Shown here in pieces: positions 8,288 through 15,767 of a stretch of DNA of 64,000 nucleotides. Source of the DNA: Candidatus Rokuibacteriota bacterium (GTDB taxonomy: Bacteria > Methylomirabilota > Methylomirabilia > Rokubacteriales > CSP1-6). Position numbers and translations under genes: made by a program. Where the stretch lies: contig JAUSJX010000141.1 in NCBI GenBank assembly GCA_030647435.1, positions 52,394 to 116,393 of the forward strand, read 5' to 3'. The notes beneath the pieces are model-generated. The model worked only from the letters and a program-made list of their open reading frames with translations. It was not told where the DNA came from and searched no databases. Position 1 is the stretch's first letter; the number at the start of each line of letters is the position of its first letter.

Positions 8288-9120
8288 GCGATCCGCCTCC
8301 GCCGGGGCCGCGCCGCCCCGCGCATCTGGTATGGGCTCTGGCTCCACGCGAGCCGCGCCGACTCGCCCCGCCATGCGCCCTGTAAGCGTAGCGGTCCCGT
8401 GGCGCCGCCGTCGCGCGCGAGGGCCAGGACCGCCACGGGCTCGCAAGCCAGCATCTCGCCGAGGCGCTGCCGCACGCCTCCCGTCTCCCGCCGCCCGCCA
8501 CGCCTCTGATCGAAGCTGAGCGTGCCCTCGCCCGGCTCGAGCCAGAGGCAGCCGGCCGCCTCCACCAGCGGCCGCGCGAGCCGCCCCCGCGCTCGCGCGA
8601 AGAGATTTTCGCACTCCTCGAAGATCTCGACAGCCAGGACCAGCGCGCGGTCGCAGGCTCCAGATTCCAGGAGCGCCGCCGCGCGCGCGATGGCTCTCAT
8701 CGTCGCCGTGGGCCCGCCGATCAGGATCTCGTACGGGCCTGTGAGCCCGAACTCGATGGCGACCTCGGCCGGCACCGCGGCGGCCGCCGTGTAGGGGAAA
8801 TACATGCCGCCGATCCGCGCCTCGATGAACTCGCGGTTGGAGGCCGCATACGCGGCAGCGGTGGCGAAGAGAAGCCCTGTCCGCTCGCCCGCGATGATCT
8901 CGGCCCCTACCCCAGCATCTTCCAGCATGGCGCCCACAGCCGCAACCCCCAGGAGAGATTCGCGCCGCGAGCGCCGGAAGCGCTCGTGGGTGAAGGCGGG
9001 CCGCTCGATGCTCAGGACGGCGCGTCCCACGGCGGCCCGTGCGGCGTCCGAGGGCACGGCCGCCGCGCCAGGTCCCCAGCCCGACAGCAGCCCCACGGCC
9101 CGGATCGCCGGAGCGCGCAT
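8284..9120 (-). CDS. Truncated thiolase-fold / KS N-terminal-like protein without a catalytic Cys
   Basis: 278 aa. KS-like N-terminal half (LLGVAAVGAMLEDAGV..., GLTGPYEILIGGPTATMRAIARAAALLESG) in which the Cys position is Thr/Ala-type. No C-terminal His motifs. Confidence 0.65.
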   Translation of the reverse strand: MRAPAIRAVGLLSGWGPGAAAVPSDAARAAVGRAVLSIERPAFTHERFRRSRRESLLGVAAVGAMLEDAGVGAEIIAGERTGLLFATAAAYAASNREFIEARIGGMYFPYTAAAAVPAEVAIEFGLTGPYEILIGGPTATMRAIARAAALLESGACDRALVLAVEIFEECENLFARARGRLARPLVEAAGCLWLEPGEGTLSFDQRRGGRRETGGVRQRLGEMLACEPVAVLALARDGGATGPLRLQGAWRGESARLAWSQSPYQMRGAARPRRRRIA

Positions 9121-10295
9121 CAGGCGCTCTCGATCACGAGGGCCGCGTTGCAGCCGCCGAAGCCGAGCGACGTGGACAAGCTCACGCGCGGCCGTACGGC
9201 GCGCGGCGAGCCCTGGACGCAGTCGATGTCGCAGGCCGGGTCGCGTTCTTCGAGGCCGAGCGTGGCCGGCACCTGGCCGTAGCGCCCCGCGAGGAGGCAG
9301 ACGATGGCTTCGAGCGCCGCCGCCGCTCCCATGGTGTGGCCGAGCGCGCCCTTGATCGAGTTGACAGGCACCTCGCCTCCGCGAGCGCCGAGCACGCGCC
9401 GGAGCGCGGCCGCCTCGATTGGATCGTTCAGCGGCGTCGCGGTGCCGTGGGCGCTGACGAAGTCGATAGCGTCAGGTCCGACCCCGGCGTCCGCCAGCGC
9501 CCTACGCATGGCGCGCTCGATGCCGCGGCCGTCCGGGTCGGGCGCCGCGATGTGGGCGCCGTCGCTGGCGCTGCCGTAGCCGAGGAGCGTGCCGAGCCGG
9601 CGCGCGCCGGCCTCTCGCTCCCGCCGAAGCAGGAGCAGCCCCGCAGCCTCGCCCAGAAGGAGCCCGCTCCGGCGCCGGTCGAAGGGCCGCACGCGCTCCC
9701 GCGTGAGCGAGCGGAGGCCGTCGAAACCGCGCATCACGAAGCGGCAGAGGATGTCGTAGCCGCCGGCGACGACGGCGTCGGCCTCGCCGCGGCGGAGCAT
9801 GTCGGCCCCGATAGCGAGCGCGGTGGCGCCCGAGGCGCAGGCCGTCGAGACCGTGACGGCGGGACCACGGGCGCCCAACCAGCGCGCGAGCCGGTGCGCC
9901 GGCGCGTCATAGAGCGCGGCGCGGAGACGCCTCGCCGATCCGCCGCACAGGGCGCGCTCGCCCTCTTCCACCCCGCCGAGCGCCGTGCCCACGACGACCG
10001 CGAGGCGCTCGGGTTCGACGTCCAGCGGCCGCTCGCCGGCCTGCACGCAGAGATCGTCGGCGGCCGAGACGAGCAGCCGTGTCGCGCGGCAGTCGGGGAC
10101 GCGCCGCCAGTCCACCGCGCGCGTGAGCTTCTTGATCTCGCCGCCGCGCCCCACGCGGAGATCCGCCACCGGAAAACGCTCCACGGCCGAGGTGCCGTCG
10201 GCGCCCGTGAGCAGCCCCGACCAGAAGGTGTCGAGGTCCTGTCCAATGGGCGTGACCACACCGGCGGCCACGATGGCGATGCGCTCGGCTGGCAT
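9120..10295 (-). CDS. Beta-ketoacyl-ACP synthase (second catalytically intact KS)
   Basis: MPAERIAIVAAGVVTPIG... from ATG at 10295, the internal Met of the 403-aa track ORF, 1 nt after the upstream stop. VSTACASGATALA, SAHGTATPLND, GHTMGAAAA. Confidence 0.9.
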   Translation of the reverse strand: MPAERIAIVAAGVVTPIGQDLDTFWSGLLTGADGTSAVERFPVADLRVGRGGEIKKLTRAVDWRRVPDCRATRLLVSAADDLCVQAGERPLDVEPERLAVVVGTALGGVEEGERALCGGSARRLRAALYDAPAHRLARWLGARGPAVTVSTACASGATALAIGADMLRRGEADAVVAGGYDILCRFVMRGFDGLRSLTRERVRPFDRRRSGLLLGEAAGLLLLRREREAGARRLGTLLGYGSASDGAHIAAPDPDGRGIERAMRRALADAGVGPDAIDFVSAHGTATPLNDPIEAAALRRVLGARGGEVPVNSIKGALGHTMGAAAALEAIVCLLAGRYGQVPATLGLEERDPACDIDCVQGSPRAVRPRVSLSTSLGFGGCNAALVIESA

Positions 10296-10296
10296 A

Positions 10297-11073
10297 TTAA
10301 AGGAAGGGGGAGTAGTACATGCGGAAGGCACGTATCGCGCCGGGCTCGGTGTCGTAAACGCCGGAGGCGAAGAAGCTGCGCTCGGCCCGATCGAAGGCGA
10401 CCCGGCCCGGCTCTTCGGGCTCGTTGGGGTCGTAGACGATGAACTCGATGAACCGGCCCTCGTAGATCCGGTAGTCGTAGGCGATGACGGTGTGGTTCAG
10501 CTCGACCTTGGGCAGGTTGGTCACGAGAAGCTGGACCATGCGCCCCGCGTCGAGCTCGGCCAGAGTCTCCCGCGCCACGCGCTCCTGCTGCCCGCCCGTT
10601 ACGGGGAAGACCACGCGCCAGTTGGTCCACTGGATAAAGGTCCAGACGAACCCGCCGAGGCCGGCCTTCACGGCCGCCTCCTGCGCCGCGGAGAATTCGT
10701 AGAGCGAAGCGTAGCCGGGAATCACGACCCGTTCCGCGGGAGGGAGCGGATCCTCCCACGGCGCCCGCGCCACGACCTCGCTGACGAGGCGGGTGTAGAC
10801 GGGAGGCTCGACGCGCGGCAGCTCCGGAGCGAAGCGCGCGAAGCGATGGAACTGCGTGACAGCGCGCGCCATGACAAAGCAGTAATTGGCGTACATGTCG
10901 GTCTTGCCCGGATTCTTCCAGCGGATGTCGTTGCGGAACGCGAACGTATCCACCCCGAACCGGAGGGCGGCGCCCGACGTGGGCCGCGGCGCGCTCCGTT
11001 CGATCGGGGGCGCGGTCGCGCAGCCGGCGAGAACCAGCATCAGGCAGAGCAAGCGGGCAACATGGCGCATCAT
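10297..11073 (-). CDS. Lipoprotein of unknown function
   Basis: 258 aa. Signal peptide with lipobox MMRHVARLLCLMLVLAGC. The mature part contains spaced YANYCFVMA ... NHTVIAYDY ... IVYDPNE (Cys/His/Asp). Confidence 0.7.
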   Translation of the reverse strand: MMRHVARLLCLMLVLAGCATAPPIERSAPRPTSGAALRFGVDTFAFRNDIRWKNPGKTDMYANYCFVMARAVTQFHRFARFAPELPRVEPPVYTRLVSEVVARAPWEDPLPPAERVVIPGYASLYEFSAAQEAAVKAGLGGFVWTFIQWTNWRVVFPVTGGQQERVARETLAELDAGRMVQLLVTNLPKVELNHTVIAYDYRIYEGRFIEFIVYDPNEPEEPGRVAFDRAERSFFASGVYDTEPGAIRAFRMYYSPFL

Positions 11074-11093
11074 CGTTAAGCGAGTTTACCCCG

Positions 11094-11858
11094 TCAGCCC
11101 TGGATGGAATAGCCCCCATCAACCGGGATGGCCGCTCCGGTGATGAAATCGGACGCGGGACTGGCAAGAAAGACGGCCACGCCGGCCATGTCCTGCTCCA
11201 CACCCCAGCGCTTCGCCGGCGTGCGCCTGAGCACGCTCTCGTGCAGCCCCTCGATCTGCTGGCGCGCCCGCTGCGTGAGCTCCGTGTCGATCCAGCCGGG
11301 CAGCACCGCGTTGACCTGGATGTTGTCCGCCGCCCACCCGGCGGCCATGGCCTTGGTCAGCTGGACCATGCCGCCCTTGGAGGCCGCGTAGGCCGGCGCG
11401 AACGAGGCGCCGAAGATGGACATCATGGAGCCGATGTTGATGACCTTGCCGCCGCCCTGCTTCTTCATCACGGGGTGGCAGGCGCGGCTCGCGAGGAAGG
11501 CGCTGGTCAGGTTGACGTCGATGACCTGGCGCCACTCGCCGAGCGCGAGGCTCTCGACGGGCTTGCGGATGTTCATGCCGGCGTTGTTGACGAGGATATC
11601 GAGCCTGCCGAAGCGCGCCACGGTCGCCTTGACGAGCGCTTCGACCGAGCCCTCATCGGCGACGTCCACCTCGATGGCCTCCGCCTCGCCACCGAGTCCA
11701 CGCAGCTCAGCGACGGCCCGCGCGCTCTTCTCGCGATTGCGCGCCGCCACCACGACGGCCGCGCCCGCCTCCGCGAGCCCGCGCCCCATGCCGAGCCCGA
11801 TGCCGCCGTTACCGCCCGTGACCACCGCCACGCGACCCTTCAGATCGAAAGCGCCCAC
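11094..11858 (-). CDS. SDR family oxidoreductase (3-oxoacyl-ACP reductase-like); first gene of the operon
   Basis: 254 aa. GTG start at 11858 preceded by AAGGGGGAA. TGGNGGIGLG cofactor motif and YAASKGG (YxxxK). Confidence 0.9.
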   Translation of the reverse strand: MGAFDLKGRVAVVTGGNGGIGLGMGRGLAEAGAAVVVAARNREKSARAVAELRGLGGEAEAIEVDVADEGSVEALVKATVARFGRLDILVNNAGMNIRKPVESLALGEWRQVIDVNLTSAFLASRACHPVMKKQGGGKVINIGSMMSIFGASFAPAYAASKGGMVQLTKAMAAGWAADNIQVNAVLPGWIDTELTQRARQQIEGLHESVLRRTPAKRWGVEQDMAGVAVFLASPASDFITGAAIPVDGGYSIQG

Positions 11859-11983
11859 GGTCGGGTTCCCCCTTGGAGTCGACGGATGTGCTAAAGGTGA
11901 GGGGCAGTGTACCCGCTCGAGGGGCTCCTGTGAAGCGCTCCCGCTGGACCGCCCGCTTGATTCAGGGGGCCGCCTCGTTTAGC

Positions 11984-12457
11984 ATGGCGGCCATGTGGCA
12001 GGGGTCGGTGGTCTCGATCCACATCACTTCCGCGGCGGGCCAGCCGATGGAAACCGTGCCGGAGGCGCGCGCCGTCGCCGGCCGCGGCCTCGAGGGTGAC
12101 CGCTACTTCGCCGGCACCGGCTACTACTCGGACAAGCCCGGTGAGGGCGGACGCGAGCTGACGCTGATCGAGACGGAGACCCTCGAGGCGCTTCCCGCCC
12201 TCGGCGTCAAGCTCTCGGCGGCCGAGAGCCGCCGCAACATCGAGACCGCGGGCGTTCCGCTCAACCACCTGGTCGGCCGCGAGTTCCGGGTCGGCGCGGT
12301 CCGGCTTCGCGGCACCCGGCTCTGCGAGCCGTGCAGGTACCTCGACGGCCTCACGCAGCAGGGCGCCATGGCGGCCCTGATTCATCGCGGGGGCCTGCGG
12401 GCGCAGATCCTCATCGACGGCCTCATCCGTGTCGGCGACACCATCACGCTGGCCTAA
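11984..12457 (+). CDS. MOSC domain-containing protein
   Basis: ATG at 11984 (or 11993) within the 194-aa track ORF. GLEGDRY..., RRNIET..., conserved TRLCEPCRYL cysteine motif. Confidence 0.8.
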   Translation: MAAMWQGSVVSIHITSAAGQPMETVPEARAVAGRGLEGDRYFAGTGYYSDKPGEGGRELTLIETETLEALPALGVKLSAAESRRNIETAGVPLNHLVGREFRVGAVRLRGTRLCEPCRYLDGLTQQGAMAALIHRGGLRAQILIDGLIRVGDTITLA

Positions 12458-12475
12458 CCACTACAGGAGAACACC

Positions 12476-13309
12476 ATGGAGATGGAACGGCGCGACTTCC
12501 TCAAGCTCGGCGCGGGAGCCCTCACCTTCAGCCTGGCCGCCGAAGCGGCGTGGGCGCAGACTAACAAGATCGAGGTCCAGTGGCTCGGGCAGGCGACGAC
12601 CAAGATCACGACGCTGACGGGCAAGGTGATCGTCATCGACCCGTTCATGGTCAACAACCCCAAGACGCCGGTGGGATGGAAGAACCTCGACGCCCTCGGC
12701 AAGGTGGACGTGATCCTCGTGACGCACGGCCACGGCGACCACACGGGCGACGTGGCGGAGCTGGCGAAGCGCACCGGGGCGACGGTGCTGGGGGACGGCG
12801 GGCTCATGCAGACCCTCGTGGACCTGGGCTGGGTGCCGGCCGACAAGGCCGTCCGCTTCGGCAAGGGCGGCAAGGTCCAGCCCGCGGGGCCGCAGATCAC
12901 GATCACCCAGACGCACGCCGAACACTCCTCGGAGGTGACGGTCACCGACCCGGCGACGAAGAAGAGCACGACCTACCCCGCCGGCCAGCCCGCGGGCTTC
13001 ATCGTCGAGATGGAGAACGGCTTCAAGCTCTACCACATGGGCGACACGGGGCTCTTCGGCGACATGCGGCTCATCGGCGAGTACTACAAGCCCGATCTCA
13101 TCATGATCCCGATCGGCGGACACTTCGTGATGGACCCGAAGGACGCGGCGTACGCGACCAATCAGATGCTCAAGCCGAAGTACTCGATCCCGTTCCACTA
13201 CGGCACGTTCCCCGTGCTCAAGGGCACGCCGCAGGAGTACCAGGCGGCGCTCGGCCAGACAACCACTCAAGTGTTCCCGATCAGCCCGGGAGACAAGCTC
13301 CAGTTTTAA
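12476..13309 (+). CDS. Metallo-beta-lactamase-fold hydrolase with Tat-type signal peptide
   Basis: 277 aa. RRDFLKLGAGALTFSLAAEAAWA twin-arginine leader and VTHGHGDH metal motif. AGGAGA upstream of the ATG. Confidence 0.85.
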   Translation: MEMERRDFLKLGAGALTFSLAAEAAWAQTNKIEVQWLGQATTKITTLTGKVIVIDPFMVNNPKTPVGWKNLDALGKVDVILVTHGHGDHTGDVAELAKRTGATVLGDGGLMQTLVDLGWVPADKAVRFGKGGKVQPAGPQITITQTHAEHSSEVTVTDPATKKSTTYPAGQPAGFIVEMENGFKLYHMGDTGLFGDMRLIGEYYKPDLIMIPIGGHFVMDPKDAAYATNQMLKPKYSIPFHYGTFPVLKGTPQEYQAALGQTTTQVFPISPGDKLQF

Positions 13310-13439
13310 GTAGGTCTATGAAAGAAGATGAAGCCAAAGACGTTGAGGCAGAGGGGCAGGACTATCTGCCACACCGAGTACGCCTTCCAGGATTCATCCT
13401 TGATGAAGATGCGGGTCTCGGATTATGAGGAGAGTAACC

Positions 13440-14363
13440 ATGGAACAAAACGAAGTGAAACAACAATCAGCCAACCAAGCTGCGGCGGGTCACGATGTCG
13501 CCGCGATGACGCCAGCCCAAGAGTATGTTGCTATGCCACCACCGGCTGAGGAGGCACCTTGCCCAACTTGCTCAGGCGGGGCGGCTTCTATGCCTATGTC
13601 CTACGTCCATGCCCTTGGCCGGATCGAAGCACGATTTCCGCGCCTATCGATTGAGAAAGAGTTTGCCCAGGTTGCGGGTCGCTCTGAAACCGCTGGAATG
13701 ACCGATCGCAAAGTATTTCATGCCATCCTGTCAAAACGCGAAAACCGTTATCTAGCGCGCCAAATGTGCTGGGTGCTGACCATTCAGGGCCTAGAGACCT
13801 ATATTTTGCACCCGCGCGACCCAGTAGACTTCGAGCGTTTAGTGGAAGCCATTCGCCCGATGCCCAGCCCAAATGACATTGATGTGGTGATTGGGATAAA
13901 AGGCCCCATCGCTCCACCAGAGCTATGCAACGGGCTTATGGTTCCGATTGTCGCGTTCGACCAGATCTATTCCTTCGACCGCGATACGCTCATCAAAGCC
14001 ATTCCGAGCCCTGAGAAGGTCAAACCAGAGACGTTTAGACCCGCAGCGGAGGAAGTGTTCAATAGGATCATGCAGATGACGGACAACACCGGCGCGACGG
14101 GTGAGCATCGGGCGCTGAATTATCTGGTCGTGCGCTATCCCGCCATCTATACAAAAGCGGCCGAAGAGTTCACACGAGACTTCTCGCTGACGGCGGTGAA
14201 AGTTCGTTCCTCACCCCTTAGCAGCACACGCAACATCGTCGAGGTCATTTTCTCCTACACCAACCGCAACACCGATTTCACCGAGAAGTTTTTTGTGCGC
14301 GTCGACGTGACCGAGGAGTTTCCATTCCTGGTCACCAAACTGTCGCCATACTTTGACCGTTAA
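13440..14363 (+). CDS. Stand-alone protein resembling the C-terminal domain of unknown function of PatA/PatG-family (cyanobactin-type) proteases
   Basis: ATG at 13440 is preceded by GAGGAGAG; the track start 13425 is also possible. From memory, SYVHALGRIEARFP...EKEFAQV, CWVLTIQGLETYILHP...FERLVEAI, LMVPIVAFDQIYSF and EHRALNYLVVRYPAIY...FVRVDVTEEFPFLV resemble the PatG C-terminal DUF. No protease domain. Gene is about 50% G+C. Confidence 0.45.
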   Translation: MEQNEVKQQSANQAAAGHDVAAMTPAQEYVAMPPPAEEAPCPTCSGGAASMPMSYVHALGRIEARFPRLSIEKEFAQVAGRSETAGMTDRKVFHAILSKRENRYLARQMCWVLTIQGLETYILHPRDPVDFERLVEAIRPMPSPNDIDVVIGIKGPIAPPELCNGLMVPIVAFDQIYSFDRDTLIKAIPSPEKVKPETFRPAAEEVFNRIMQMTDNTGATGEHRALNYLVVRYPAIYTKAAEEFTRDFSLTAVKVRSSPLSSTRNIVEVIFSYTNRNTDFTEKFFVRVDVTEEFPFLVTKLSPYFDR

Positions 14364-14390
14364 ACCCAAACACTGAAAGGAGGGTACCAA

Positions 14391-14600
14391 ATGAACATGC
14401 TTAGATTTACCGCAGAGGCCTCGCTGTACAAGACCAGCGGGCGATACCAAACCGGTAGACATGCGACCAATTTACCCACTCAAATGATTAGCGCGATCAA
14501 CCCGATTTTAACAGGCTGCTCAAAAGGGTCCAGATGCGAGGCGGCGCCCGACGGCCGCAGGCGAAGCGTAATTCTGTCTCAGCCCTCGCCTCGGGGCTGA
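14391..14600 (+). CDS. Short ORF (69 aa); the first 40 codons are native and the last 29 are encoded by the inserted palindromic element
   Basis: AAAGGAGGG lies 7 nt upstream of the ATG at 14391. MNMLRFTAEASLYKTSGRYQTGRHATNLPTQMISAINPIL, then the reading frame enters the repeat starting at about 14509-14512. Confidence 0.35.
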   Translation: MNMLRFTAEASLYKTSGRYQTGRHATNLPTQMISAINPILTGCSKGSRCEAAPDGRRRSVILSQPSPRG

Positions 14601-14703
14601 GCCCCTCAGCTCGAACGTCCACGTACGTTGAGCCTGCGGCCGAGGGCACCCCAACAGTCTTCTTGCTAAATGGCGCAGATGGGCTCTTTTCAGCAGCCTG
14701 CTA
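14509..14703. repeat. Palindromic MITE/REP-like element, copy A (long form)
   Basis: Termini TAACAGGCTGCTCAAAAGGGTCCAGATGCG ... CGCAGATGGGCTCTTTTCAGCAGCCTGCTA are imperfect inverted repeats. Near-identical core to the copies at 40739, 49372 and 57685. Confidence 0.85.
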
Positions 14704-15486
14704 GGACTTCTTGTCTTTGTCGGAGTAGCTGACGGCCAGTCCCGCCCCGGCGTCGCCCTGGATGCCGTAGGGCGGGACCGGATAGCGGAGCCCGTTCTTC
14801 GACAGCGCCGCCAAGCCGTCGACCATCTTCGGCAGGTAGCGCGGCGGCAGCGCCATCAAGAGCTCATCGTCGGCCACTCCGCCGTAGCGCCGCTCGGCGT
14901 AGCAGGGAATCGTCAGCGCGGGCTCGCCGGTCTTGAGCGCCTTGCCCCACGAGTCGGCGCAGGCCGATTCGCCCACCGACGTGAAGGACATCTTCTTGTA
15001 GCCCGACCACTGAAGCCCGTTGATCATGAAGATCATCTGTCCCGGCGTGCCGTACAGCAGGCAGATGTCGGGCGGGTCGAGCCTGCCCGACGCGAGCGGC
15101 GCCACCGCCATCGCGCTGTAGCGGCCGAACGGCACGCAGTCCATCGCGTGCTGGTGCAGGCTCGCGTCCTCCTGCGTCTTGAACCACACGCCGGCCATGC
15201 GATGCCCCGAGAGCCATTCCTCATTCTGGGGATGGAGCCCGATCACAGCGCCGCACTGCGCGCCGACCAGGTCCTCCATGGTGATGCCCACGGTCCAGCC
15301 GAGCTGGCGCGCCTGCGCGACGATCTGGTCCGTCGTGTGCTTGACCTTCGGCCGCCTGATCTTGGGGATCGCCTCCATGTCGGCGGCGCTCTCGAAGAGC
15401 TTCATGCCGATCGGGATGCTGCGCAGCCGGAGATACTGGTTCAACCCGCTGATGATCGCGTCCCAGTCGTAGGTCTCAGTGGTCAC
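14701..15486 (-). CDS. DUF169-like protein
   Basis: 261 aa. GTG start at 15486 preceded by AAGGAGA. Family assignment is by overall resemblance only. The TAG stop is the last 3 nt of repeat copy A. Confidence 0.6.
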   Translation of the reverse strand: MTTETYDWDAIISGLNQYLRLRSIPIGMKLFESAADMEAIPKIRRPKVKHTTDQIVAQARQLGWTVGITMEDLVGAQCGAVIGLHPQNEEWLSGHRMAGVWFKTQEDASLHQHAMDCVPFGRYSAMAVAPLASGRLDPPDICLLYGTPGQMIFMINGLQWSGYKKMSFTSVGESACADSWGKALKTGEPALTIPCYAERRYGGVADDELLMALPPRYLPKMVDGLAALSKNGLRYPVPPYGIQGDAGAGLAVSYSDKDKKS

Positions 15487-15767
15487 GCTCGTCTCCTTGC
15501 GCGTGGCGTCGCTACCCTAGCCGCGGCGAGCGTACCATGCCTCTCCGCCCTCAGCCTCCCCTCGGTCATGGCCGGGTGTAGCTCTGGCCTAGCGGCCCTA
15601 TTGAACCAGGGCGGCGTGCGGCACAGGATGAGACGGGGTGGGCTGCGCTACTAGGCGCGACCACCCCCGCCGTCAGGCGCGGGAGGTCTCAACGCTGGCT
15701 TCAGACGCCGCCGAAAGCCGAAGCGACGTAGGAGCGGAGGCTATTGGCGGTCGCCTGCAAGCCGGGG

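Noticed and set aside
13328-13549. A 73-aa ORF overlapping the start of the PatG-DUF-like gene, and antisense ORFs 13594..13917 and 13923..14108.
   Set aside because: They overlap the better-supported 13440..14363 frame, lack an RBS and show no recognisable features.
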